Under the pieces are notes generated by a model. The model worked only from the letters and a program-made list of their open reading frames with translations. It was not told the origin of the DNA and did not search any database. A DNA stretch of 64,000 nucleotides from Saccostrea echinata (taxonomy: Eukaryota). The position numbers were made by a program, and so were the translations under genes. The stretch is from positions 7,874,001-7,938,000 of the forward strand of contig NW_026889803.1 of assembly GCF_033153115.1 (NCBI RefSeq), read 5' to 3'. The number at the start of each line of letters is the position of its first letter. The stretch's first letter is position 1. Shown here in pieces: positions 1 to 12,715 of the stretch.

Positions 1-539
1 GGTAGATCTTTATTAGTAGGTTGAATATTGCTCTGATCCTGCATGATGAGGGTTTGTTGTGCTCAAGAAAAATCTTGTTACTCTCAAGCACATTTGGTAT
101 TAAACCTTTTTGGTTTTAATGTTACAGAAATTTGGGGTTTTCCATATGAAAACATGGACATGCCATTCTTTCTACAAAATTGGGGAGGGGGGAACTTTCA
201 CAGAATCTTTATTTCTTGGTGCCATTGTGCTTCTCATGTTTTACATTTCGATTGGACAGAAATTTGGGGGTTCCTACAGCAAACAAGAGGCCCATGGGCC
301 ACATCTCTCACCTGAACACATTGGCTAGGAATGTGGGAGTAAGGGGTATCATTTTGTGAGTGCGGTGCTCACACTACCGCTAGTTTATTTCAGATTATGT
401 CATTTACTGTAGATTTCGATTTAATCCATTTTACATCAGAGGGCGATCACTCAAATCACATAAAATTACATGTACCATAGAATTAAAACTCTTCAGTGTT
501 TAGAGCTTCCTTGATGTTTTTTTTTCTTTTTTCACACAG

Positions 540-3500
540 AGTCCACATTCATCAGTTGTTCAGTCTGCAGCATTTGCTCTATCAAATCTGGCAAAAGAAT
601 CAGTGGAAGACTGCAAGTAAGTCACTCTCCAAAATCTCTTAAGTTTGTAAAATAAAACCCTATCAGAATACATTAGACTGAATGATTTATTTCTGTACAT
701 TTTCTGTGATATCTGTATTTAGGGAGATGGTTCAGGCCTCCGTCATTCCTAATCTTCTTCGACATTTCTCCTACTCACCAGAAAATCTAGATGTTTTGGC
801 AGAGGTATCATGGGTCTTCACTTATCTTGCAACTAGGTAAGACATCAGTAACTTAAAAATGTGGTTGTTTAAAAGTGTTATCTTACTATATTGCCTCATC
901 CCATATACACATGTACATGTATTTATTTGCAAAAGAATGATCTGTGTTTGACCTTCTTCTCACAGATTTTCTAACTTAAAATATAAAAATTAAGGTCAAA
1001 TTGAGATTCATTTAAATGATGGACATGAACTGCATGTTTTACAAAGGATTTTTTTTTTTATTTTTAAGTGGACTCTTCTTGGAGGAAATGTCATCAAATG
1101 GTGTAATAACTAAAACTGTTAGTTTATTGGTGACATTGTCAGACATAATGCCTCATAAAGCTCAGGTATGATAAACACAGAAGCTGGGACACTTGTATGC
1201 AGTTTAATGAAGTTAACATGAAATGTTATTTAATTAATTCTAACAATGTTAAGAATCAAAAATAGTAATGAATGTGTACATATGTGTATATACATAAAAC
1301 AATGTTATATTATTATATAATATAAAGGTAGGATGGGGAAGAAAGTTCATTGAGCCTGCTTCTCTTGCATTAAAACTTTAGGTTTTGTATAATTTGCAAA
1401 GATACTATGTTAGAATGTAGCAGGGGTTACTTCAGTATGAATACATTGATGTAGAACCATTGATGAAAATGATGATTGGCTATGATCATCAGTGTGTTCA
1501 ATTGTCAGTATCATAAAAAGGTAGATCATTGAGGTTTTTCACTCAAGAGATTATTATAATGAAGAAATTGAAAAACTCGGTAATTTAATATTAATGTACC
1601 ACATTTACAATATTAGTTTCTTTATGGCTGCTCTTTAAATTCAAAGTTGACCTTAGGGTAGAAATTGAAAATCAAAATTTGAATTCATTGTAATACATGC
1701 TGGGACACATCATCTTTTACATTCATTTTTTTGATATCTATTAGAAAAAGAAAAGATCTCATTTTCATAAAAACATAAAAATATTTGGTCATCAGGTCGT
1801 GACCCCTTTGCTTCGCTGTCTTGGAAACATATGCAGTGGACCAGATCAGTACACTGTTGAGGCCAAACAGAATGCTGAGTTGCTACCAAGTCTCTGTAAA
1901 TACATGACCTCTGACCTTCGACATGTTCGCAAAGAAACCTTGTGGGTTCTCTCCAACATGACAGGTAAACCTATATTGTTAAGATATAATTGTGTACTGG
2001 ATATGACAAAATTGCAAATCTCTGTTATAAATTGTAAACTTGAAAACAATGGAAGTCATACATGTAAATTGCATAAATGTCATATACATTAACATATTCA
2101 CTGTAGTTAAAGTGAAAATGTGGAATATATGTTTGTATACTGTGGATCCTTTTAGTCACGAGTTTGTTTCTGCATTTATCGCAATTGATAAATTTTAAAC
2201 AAAAATTTTTATTGATAAATAATTGTATACAAACAGAATCTTGGTGTGGATAGGAATCTCCATGTCTGTCTGTCCCACTTCATGTCTAGGTATAGTTTTA
2301 TAAATGGGGAACATTAGAAGATCATACTTACTTAGGGTACCGTGATTCTAGATCAAGATGAATTGATCAGGTCAAGGTCACATGATTTGGAAGTGTAAAT
2401 TCTATTTGTACATAGAGAAGGAATGTCATCCTTGACCACTGAATGCCCTTGTCTAGATGGTCTGTGTTGACTAAAAGTCACTGTCATTTGGACAATATAT
2501 GGGATTTAGATTAGAAGAATTAATTTTTCTAACTTTGAAATACTCATTAGAACATTTCTATTTACCTTGTTATCAGGTGATCTTGGAGTGTGTAAGGAAG
2601 TTGCATTTGGCCCAATCCTACCCCATGTCCTGGAGCAGGTGCCTGCAGCATTTGACATCAAAACAGAGGTAAGGGAATTAAATAAAATTTCTTTGACTTA
2701 AGTAATAAAACATTTATAATTTTGGAATCTAGTGATCTTTTTTGATTAACGATGTACATGTTAATGGGAATACAATGCACATTTTTAAAATTTTTTAGTT
2801 TTTTAGCTCTACTGGTCAGAGACCAGAAGAGCTTATGTGATAGAAATGTGTCCGTCGTCCGTCCGTCTGTCTGTCCGTCCGTCTGTAAACAATTTTTCAA
2901 AATGCTACTCCTCCTACAGTTTTGGTCTGATTTCAATATAATACATAATTCTGTGTATCGGTTTTTGATTTCGATGAACGGTGTTGCCATGGTTACTAAA
3001 AATAGAAATTTCTGTGAAAAACATTCAAAATGCTACACCTCCTACAGTTTTAGTCTGATTTCAATATAACTTGGCACACAAGTAGACTATACTAAGATGC
3101 ATAATTCTGTTTATCGGTTTTTGATTTCGATGAACGGTGTTGCCATGGTTACTAAAAATAGAAATTTCTGTGAAATACTTTCAAAATGCTACTCCTCCTA
3201 CAGTTTTGATCTGATTTCAATATAACTTGGCACACAAGTAGACTACACTAAGATGCATAATTCTCTTTATCGGTTTTTGATTTCGATGAACGGTGTTGCC
3301 ATGGTTACTAAAAATAGAAATTTCTGTGAAAAACATTCAAAATGCTACTCCTCTTACAGTTTTGATCTGATTTCAATATAACTTGGCACACAAGTAGACT
3401 ATACTAAGATACATAATTCTTTATATCGGTTTTTGATTTCGATGAACGGTGTTGCCATGGTTACTAAAAATAGAAATTTCTGTGAAAAACATTCAAAATG

Positions 3501-6500
3501 CTACTCCTCCTACAGTTTTGATCTGATTTCAATATAACTTGTCTCACAAGTAGACTATACTAAGATGCATAATTCTGTATATCGGTTTTTGATTTCGATG
3601 AACGGTGTTGCCATGGTTACTAAAAATAGAAATTTCTGTGAAATACTTTCAAAATGCTACTCCTCTTACAGTTTTGGTCTGATTTCAATATAACTTGGCA
3701 CACAAGTAGACTACACTAAGATACATAATTCTGTTTATCGGTTTTTGATTTCAATGAACGGTGTTGCCATGGTTACTAAAAATAGAAATTTCTGTGAAAT
3801 ACTTTCAAAATGCTACTCCTCTTACAGTTTTGGTCTGATTTCAATATAACTTGGCAAACAAGTAGACTACACTAAGATACATAATTCTATGTATCGGTTT
3901 TTGATTTCGATGAACATTGTTGCCATGGTTACTAAAAATAGAAATTTCTTTGAAATACCTTCAAAATGCTACCCCTACAGTTTTGGTCTGATTTTAGTAT
4001 TACTTAGCATACAAGTAAACTACACTAAGATACATAATTCTCTGTACCAGTTTCTGATTTCGATGAACGGTGTTGCCATGGTTACTAAAAATAGAAATTT
4101 TCTTGAAATACTTTCAAAACGCTACTCCTCCTACACTTTTTGTCTTATTTCAGTATAATGTGGCATACAAGTAGACTACAGAGATACATAATTGGTGTTA
4201 TTGTTTTTTGATTTTGTTGAATGATGTTGCCATGGTTACTTAAATCAAAATTTCAGTAAAATTGTTTTAAAAGGCTACTCCTCCTACAGTTTTAGTCTGA
4301 TATAATAATAAATCTTGCCAAAAAGAGACTAAACCAAGGATCATTATTCTATTTATTGCTGTTGCAAAGTTTCAAGTCCAAGTGCTACTTTTATCTTCCT
4401 TTATAAATACAACCAGTAGAGCTACAGTCTCATCAGAGACTTCTGGTTTTATTTTACAATGTACACTGAACCCCTAATATATAAACACATATAGCAAAAT
4501 GTACCTCCTTTTTAAGAGACCATTTTAAAGGTTTTTTGTTTCAGACAGAAGACCTTAATTTATTGATTGTATTGTTCATTAATATTTTTATTATCCCCCC
4601 TTTTTTTGTTGGCAGGATTTCTCAGAGATGATTTTATGGATTTTTTTGAAACCTTCACAGATGATAGAGAATAATATCCCAAGAATTTTTTTTCTATCAA
4701 GGGTAGATAATGAAGAAATAGCAAAAATTGGATTTTAAAATCTCCTTCTCAAAAACCTCTGTGCCAGAAAAGTTGAAAATAGTGTGAACATTTCCTAACA
4801 TTGTGAAGATTAAAATTTGTTGAAATCATTACCCATGGGGGTAGGGAAAACATAGGAAAAATCTTTAAAAATCTTCTTAAAAAAGAGGAAAGCCATGATT
4901 AGTCATATTTATATGGAAGTATCCTCAGGTAGTGTTTATTCAGGTTTATTCAAATCACGGTCCCCGGGGGTAAGGTGGGGCTACAATGGGCAATCAAAGT
5001 TTTACATTATACTTAGGAAAAATCTTTAAAAATCTTCTCAAGAACAGGAATCCCATGATTAGTCATATTTATATGGAAGTATCCTCAGGTAGTGTTTAAT
5101 CAGGTTTGTTCAAATCTAGCTGCAGATCTGTAGCTCGCTGGTCTGAAAAAAATTGGGATGGACGACCAGAGAGCTACAGTGCCACCCATTGAAAAAAGTG
5201 TATATTTATTGCGCACAAAAAAGTGCGCTGTTTCTCGATTTATTTCTCATTGTGTCCCCTGGGCATGATTTCTCAGAGATTTTTTATTTTATGCATGCTG
5301 ACATTAAGATTACCAGGTAATAAAAAATTAGCTTTAGAAATCTCACAAGTGAAGTAGACTAGCTGATGAACCTCTCATCATGTAACAGAAAAGCCAAATA
5401 TGTTCGAATATGTTTCCTCAACAACATTTTAAATCAGGGCCTGAGGGAAACATAGAACAGGTGTAGTGATGAAAATGAGGGCTTTTGAATTTCATTCAGT
5501 CATATCCAGTCCCAACAGGAAGTAGTATAATTGAAAGCCTTTTCATTTCTATAATGAGTTCCTTACTTTTTTATTACAATAAATTGATTTCCAATTATTA
5601 ACTGGACATAGAATAATTAATAAATGAAACAGTGATTTTGGTTGTACTTGGAGGTTGATATTACTGTGTACCATGTAATTATAATCCTGGATCAGGTATA
5701 TGTATAATGTATTTGTATCTTAGCTATCATCAATCTTCAATTCCTTTTATATTAGATTCTTAGATATATTGTGTCACTATTTTTTTAAGGCTCTGTATGT
5801 ATTGTGTAATCTTGCCTGCCATGGTGAGGACATCTGTACCCAGCTGGTCAACTCTGGAATGTTACAATGTGTGACTCCTGCACTAAAGTCCCATGATGTA
5901 GAAGTCCTAAATTTGGCTCTGACAATGTGTGAAATGACACTGAAAATGATCCCAAAGGTATTTAGATACAACATAGTAAAATTTATCTTACTCAACCCAT
6001 GATCTGTTAGTCATTATTTTTATAAGAATTTTTAAATACTGCAGGAAATGAGGTTTGTAATATTTTTCCACAGTATCTGTATTCAAATTGTTAATGTCAA
6101 CTTTCGATTAAAATTTTTTTAATTAGTTTTATGTAGTCTTGTCAAATTGGACAATTTTTAGTAACAGGTTACTCACTTACTTTTCCAAAAGAGTAACTGG
6201 TTACTGGGATGGATTTTTTTTAGATCAAATAACATTGTTATACTTTCTATATTTATCTCATCATTTGTATACCGTACATGTATATACATAACACAAATGC
6301 ACTGCATTACAGCATATGAATTTTATTTATAATTACAAACAACATTTTCTAATTTAATTCGTTCTTGAATACTCGTAATAAATGGTTGTTTTGCGGGATG
6401 TCCTTTTCATAACTGGTTTCAAAATAAAATTCATGATCAGTTTGAGGTGGTTTAGCATATTTGTTGTCCCATCCATGTGTTAATTCCATTTCACATATTT

Positions 6501-7769
6501 TACACAGCACAGACATAATTTCAGTCATTCTTTAAAATATTTCCATGCTTTTTATGCATGTGGCTGATGACAAAATACCAAATATGCCAGAAATTAGCAA
6601 ATAGGCGTGTGATTTAACTGAAACAGTGATGTATAACATTATAACACTTAGATCACACATGGGGTAATTCCAGATAAAAGATTTTTATATTGTATCAAAT
6701 ACTACCAAGAAGTTGGTATCATGATAAATGTATATATATATTTTTAAAATTTTTTTCTCTTGTATGAGAAGGAGTCATTGACTCCCCCACTAACTTTATA
6801 ATTATTTTGTTAATTTCTGCAGGCCAAAGAAATATTTGAGAAGGAGTGTGAAGGAATAACCAAGTTAGAGGCACTGGAGTACCACAACAATGATGCCATC
6901 AGGACTAGTGCTAACCACATCCTAGATATGTATTACGGAGAAGAGGTAAGAATATGAGGTGTAAAAAAAAGTATGAGTTAAAGACAGATAAGAAGCCTCT
7001 TAAACGAGGTCATGATCAAAATAAAATTTATAATTTTATAAACTGTAAATTTCATAATAATATTTTTTTTAAATGTGTTTTTATATATTTTCCTATATAA
7101 AATTTACCCCTTTATTCAATGGAAACAGTCATTAATATTTTATATCCCACACTTTGCATTTCAGTACCTCTTAAATTCTAGTATCAAAGCAAATTAAGTA
7201 TTTTTAAAAAAAAAAATGTTTACATTTGTAAACATTAGAATAAAAGTAAAATTATTTTAATGATATAATTTTTATAATAAATGAAATTATAGAATCAACT
7301 TCTTTAAAAAGGGCATTTTGCCTTGATGTCAGTATGCACTACTTTTAGCGATGTAATATTGTTTACATTGTTATACAGCGTAATGCAGCCGACAAGAAAG
7401 GGAAAGGGAAAAAAACATCCAAATGTAGGTAAAAATGTGATAAAAGAATCTCTCATTTTCTGTGATTCGATATGCTTTTTATCTAATTCCTGGTGTGTTT
7501 TCTGTCCTCACGCCAAAGGCTCTGGGATAAACAACACACATGGTATTAGGTAAAAATCTTTCCCAATTACAAAACGTGAAAGATCCTATATATTTTTATA
7601 TATATACATTGATTGAATTTCTGAATGTAGATTTAGGTTTTTGATAATTTTAAATTGAATTAAATTCTGCTGGAATATAATGTAGATTTGTAAATGATAG
7701 GGATGTGCAGAGTTTGTATATTCTGATTGTAAATTTTTATTGCAGGAGAAAGATTTGAACATGACGTAG
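540..7769 (+). CDS. TMCO6: ARM-repeat importin-alpha-like protein, TMCO6-like (3' portion; 5' exons upstream of the window)
   Basis: Phase-consistent GT-AG exons 540-616, 723-836, 1069-1165, 1796-1964, 2577-2668, 5790-5957, 6823-6945, 7746-7769. ARM-type motifs SAAFALSNL, EVSWVFTYL, PLLRCLGNI, KETLWVLSNM, ALYVLCNL and the C-terminal KLEALEYHNN..ILDMYY. It is too divergent to be a canonical importin alpha; the TMCO6 symbol is my recognition, not a search result. Confidence 0.72.
2801..4449 (+). mobile_element. Non-autonomous Helentron-type (HINE/pearl-like) element with central tandem array
   Basis: 5' subterminal repeat AGCTCTACTGG followed by a (GTCC/GTCT)n microsatellite. 3' CCAGTAGAGCT plus short hairpin GTCTC-ATCA-GAGAC. 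T-rich flanks. Confidence 0.85.
2901..4290. repeat. 156-bp tandem repeat, about 9 copies
   Basis: GTTGCCATGGTTACTAAAAATAG recurs every 156 bp (about 2981, 3137, 3293, 3449, 3605, 3761, 3917 and onward). The 3' copies are degenerate. Confidence 0.92.
4590..5120 (+). repeat. Degenerate Helentron-associated element with ~165-bp satellite-like units
   Basis: Units such as TTTAAAAATCTTCT...ATCCTCAGGTAGTG...TTCAAATCA resemble those at 17800-18600 and 63350-63700. Confidence 0.6.
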
Positions 7770-8247
7770 AGATGGAATCTGTAAATAAAGCTGTTGTATA
7801 ATTTGAATCATGTCAAACACATGTACCATTTATAGAATGGACAGAGGATATCAAATAAGGCTCAGTTGTTATGGATGTCTTGTTCTGCATAATTGTACCA
7901 GACGGGGTACAGTTCTTAGTGCCATATATATCTGTATATATATAAATATTTGTAGAGAGAGTCAAGTGTCTGATAGCAAAATGACAATTGCAATCTAGTG
8001 ATGCAATCTCATCTTTTTTAAGGTTTTTCTCAAATTATTTTTTTTTACTCTTGTGAATATTCATTTATGCATTATACTATAAATAAAAAGACAAATACAT
8101 ACAAAATTGTATTCTTATGAATGAAATGGTAACTAAATGCTATTAAGCATAAAAAGATTATGTATCAACTGAAATGATTTTTAGTGAATCATTATTTCCT
8201 GGTTTAGAGTCAGTTTTTCATTAGTGTTGAACAATGCTTCATGTTAC

Positions 8248-8467
8248 GTCGCGGGTTCGAGTCCCACTGCGGGACGTCGGATGAGACCGTATAACCCGAG
8301 GTCGTATTGCAGTAGGTGCTGGCACGAAAAAGATCACGCACTGCTCAATGGCCTTGAGTGCCGAGTATAGGTAAAAAAAAAATTGCAGCCCTCTAGCGGC
8401 AACTGGTGGCATCTCAATATGTGTGAAGCCCTATCGAAAAGGACGATAAACAAACATACAAACAAAC
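8248..8467 (+). mobile_element. tRNA-derived SINE, 5'-truncated
   Basis: B-box GGTTCGAGTCCC, a GC-richer body (GGTGCTGGCACGAAAAAGATC...CTGCTCAATGGCC) and an (ACAA)n tail. Confidence 0.7.
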
Positions 8468-9195
8468 ATTTTCCATGGCATGTCATGTGGATTCGAGTTT
8501 CTTTGAATTATGGACTCTGGGCTTAGAGTGGGACTAAAATATAGTAACAGTTTGTACATAATACACGTGTATACAGGGGAAAATCTTTTTAAAAATCTCC
8601 AGAACAGAAATTCCATACTTGTCGTACTGATATTCGGAACCGCCATGTGGGGGGGGGGGGGGGGGGGGGGGGGGATTGAAATTTGGACAAGTCACTACTC
8701 GACGCCTGTCATATTATGGAGGCAAAAATTTTCAGGGAAAATCTAAGTTTGTTAAATATAATGAAGGATGGCAGAGCCAAGTTGACTCAGGTGAACGATG
8801 TGGTTCCTTTATCACCAGCTGATCACAGTGACTGAATATGTGCAAATTTCAAGCATGTCTTCAGTGTGTATATGATTCACCGTTTCTAGTTTAAGGGTGT
8901 TTTAGAGCATCCTAGTACAGCTCAACTCTCAAGTGAATCAAGTCAAGGAAAACCTTTTCATTTTCATTTTCTCTGGAACTACTTGTCTAATTTTTAAAAT
9001 CATATTGCCACAAAGCTTACTTGGATAATGGTCAAGTGTATACACCGTTTCTTAGCAGGAGATCCATTATGAAATAGGTAGTAAAAACAGGATGATGTCA
9101 TTTCAAAATCAGATGATGAACCACTGATTCCAAAAAAAGACAAAACTTTAGTAAAACCTTTAATTCTATATTGTATTTTCAAAATATATCCATGT

Positions 9196-9286
9196 TAGCT
9201 GCAATAATGTAGCCCTCTCTACTTTTTTTTTCCTCTCCCAAAAACATCAGATAAACATATTGGAGAGGGCTACATAATTGCAGCTA
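9196..9286. mobile_element. 91-bp micro-MITE with 9-bp TSD
   Basis: TIRs TAGCTGCAATAATGTAGCCCTCTC / GAGAGGGCTACATAATTGCAGCTA, with TATCCATGT duplicated on both sides. Confidence 0.85.
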
Positions 9287-10041
9287 TATCCATGTCTATA
9301 GATCGGAAGGATAGGGATTTAAATTTACATAGGAATGTAATGTTAAAATACATTTTAAAATTCAATTGAATAGCAGGGCTATATTTTCAAGTAAACATGC
9401 AGTAAAAATCAACTTTTAGATATTCTTTGGGATTAATTGTAGAACTACAGGCCTGTATTAAGAAAGGGAAGGGGCCCTGACCCCTAAGACTTTTAGAAAG
9501 AGTCTTTCGCTTTTAATTTTCTTTGAAAATTTTCGGTCAAACGTTGCCCCCCCCCCCCTTCCCTTTAATGTGTATTATTCGTGTCAATTTTTGTACTTTT
9601 TTCGGTTGAATATGATTGAACAACCCCCTCCCCATGTGGTATTTAAGTTGTTTAGTCCAACTTTTTTTTATACATGACCCCCCCTTTTTTTTTAAAGCGT
9701 TGCCTGATCATATCACTCTGGGCAGAAAATTAATCACGTTCAGAAGATCGTTATATTGTTCTTAATTGAACCACACTGTGTGTAAATTTTACCAGATTTA
9801 TTTATTGACAGGGTTTGACGGACCCATGAACAAAACTGTTTGCATCAGTTCGGTTAAAAAAAAAGAACCCAGTCAATTAATGTATTGTTGTACTCTTTAC
9901 TTCTTATTATGATGCAACTTGCGCTGGCTTATCATATCTATCCACGTAACAGTTTGAGAAACAGACTCAAGTATTTGAATGAAAAAAAAAAATAAATCCA
10001 TGAAAATAATTTAAATATCCTTTTATTATAGTAAACTGTCT

Positions 10042-12680
10042 CTACGGTTTCAGTTTCCAAACTCTGATATAGTCCACCTGCATGGCCGCCTGCTCGCCGT
10101 CATTTTGATCAGGATTCCACGTAGGGTACCAGTCATTTTTGTGGTTCCAGAAGTCACGCGCCGTAAATTCGGACTTGTCTGTCCACGGTTTTGGAGAGGG
10201 GGCGTTTCTGAATTTATCTGGAAAGAATCCCACACCTCCAACGGCAACGTTCAATATGATGAAAAACTAAAAAGCAAGAAACACGATTTTTAAGGAACAA
10301 AACTGAATTTATGTCAGGAGATTGGTACTGGATACAAATTAAATATATTCTATCCTGCATTTTAGTTACTTTCTATAATGCAACTCCCGAATGTATATAC
10401 CTAACCAGACGTTCAGTGCTAAAGATGAGGATGTTATTGAAATGAAATGTTCTCATATGTCAGTTTTATAAATATAAAATTTAATCTTACCTCTTGATCA
10501 AACGGAGCCATTTTGTTAGTAGTGTATTTATAGGGGTTGTTTATATGAGTCTTCTCCAACTCTCCAAGTTTCCAGAATCCTTCCGGGGGTGGAACTACAT
10601 TCAATATCTGCTGTCCATCAAATGAAACCCTGTATGCATTGCAAAAATTACAGATTAATGTTNNNNNNNNNNNNNNNNNNNNNNNNNNNNNNNNNNNNNN
10701 NNNNNNNNNNNNNNNNNNNNNNNNNNNNNNNNNNNNNNNNNNNNNNNNNNNNNNNNNNNNNNNNNNNNNNNNNNNNNNNNNNNNNNNNNNNNNNNNNNNN
10801 NNNNNNNNNNNNNNNNNNNNNNNNNNNNNNNNNNNNNNNNNNNNNNNNNNNNNNNNNNNNAAACTGCATGTGCATTGTACCGACTTTATAATTGCATTCG
10901 TCTTATTTATCGTGAATTGCCTAGAAATCTCAATGCTGTGAAGTATCAGGAACGTTTTAGCAACAAAATGCTAATGAAAACTGTAACGAATTATTTGCTA
11001 ATAAGCTTTTTTTAAACAAGGAATCATGTAGATAGTGTACGGGAGTGAAAACTACTGTCACCGTGCAACTTACTGGATGTGATCTTCGTCCCATATTAAT
11101 GTCCATATATGGAAATCGTCATTAAGTGTTCCACTCGAAAGAGTCCTGTAAAATTATATGCACCAAAGTGACCAACCGGAACCAGTTCAGAATAGTTAAA
11201 GAATCTGGGGGGATAAGACGAGCCATGTGCCCATGCCCATTTTTCGGCTATGCAAGAACATTTATTGGAAAAAATCTCTCAATTGTTCGAATTTACTTAA
11301 GCATTTTAATGTTTACCGTAGTTTTCAAAATGATATTTATATTCTAAACAAGCTAAACAGTTGACTTTCATTTACTGTCACAAATGTCTAACATGGGTAA
11401 GGATTTCTATTAATTAATCTGCATATTGAGTGTTTACACTTATTGTGGAGAGATATTATAAAAATGTTAACATCGTATATAATGATAATGGTGATCTAGA
11501 AGCGCTTTTATTTAAAATAAATAAAACGGGAATAAAAGTATTCAAATATCTATTATAATTTTTATCCGGCATTTTAAATAATTTACTGTAAATAAGTTCA
11601 TTACTACATGTATACATTTTATTTCCAGTGAAAAATATGTTATTCCTATAGACATTTTTTATAAAGAAAAACAAAATTAAAACCAAAAAAATCAACAACA
11701 AAAAAAAAATAATCAGAGCATGACTCGAACACTTTCCTCGGTAAACATCCCTTTAAAGAGCTCATCGCTAACCACTAGACCACGGAGTCACACTAACAAT
11801 TCCATTTAAATAGCATACAGTTCTCTATATTTAGCAAGCGTTTTTGGACTCAGAATTTTTTAAGACCACGGTGAAAATTTAAGTAAGTTAACTTAATTTT
11901 TTATGTAGAGTGGGTCTTCATACCAAATTTTTGCAAGTGTAAAAAGCAACATCTTTCCATTGCCTTTCATTAATCGTTCTCAAAAAAATGGTACGATGAC
12001 CCACTCTATTTAAAAAATGTAGTTATATAATCCAATTTACGTCAGTTTCTGTGAAAATTGAGCGTGATGCCATTTTGTTGTGTTAATCAGAATCATTTTC
12101 GCTGTTACAGTATTCAGGTTTTGTCAAATTTATATGCAAATGGTAATAAGCATTAAATTAATTCAACAAAAAGTGAAATTTTTGTAAAATGAATTTATTG
12201 ATTTTTTATCGATCGTTATGTAGGCATATGGCTCGGCTTATCCCCCCAGTTTCTTTAACCTTAATTATAATGAAAAACATGTGCAACATTGAATGTCAGA
12301 CCCACTTTTCTGCGTGAGCTTTTTCGTAAGGATCATATCCGTACACCGGCCCAAAATGAAGAGTGCTCCCAAAGCTATCCACACCCTGACTGCCACCTTT
12401 CTCGTCATGGTAGTTTAAGTTGCCTATTTGAGCAGGATGATTTCAGAAGTAAAGAAAACTTGTAAATAAATGGAGATTCGGGGTGAAAATTGTTTTTAAA
12501 AAAGGCGAAACGGAAAAAAAAATCAAGGTACATCTTTCTTTTTTTAAGCATTTTAAAAGATTCAGACACAAATTCATGACAAACATACAACCTTGGCAAA
12601 TGAATAAAACAGCAGAACGATACATGTTATAATACAGAGGCATATGGAAATTAATCTTTCAAAGGTTTATCAAAGATGAG

Positions 12681-12715
<35 letters not shown>

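Noticed and set aside
2658-4158. ORFs of 89-110 aa
   Set aside because: They are translations of the 156-bp tandem repeat and microsatellite.
540-7769. Canonical importin alpha (KPNA)
   Set aside because: The ARM motifs diverge from the highly conserved KPNA sequences (e.g. EAAWAITN). TMCO6-like fits better.
10589-10941. ORFs spanning N runs (also 18832-19032)
   Set aside because: Assembly-gap artefacts.
11715-11795. Minus-strand tRNA-like A/B boxes
   Set aside because: Too degenerate to fold. Probably a SINE remnant inside a larger repeat whose ends I could not define.
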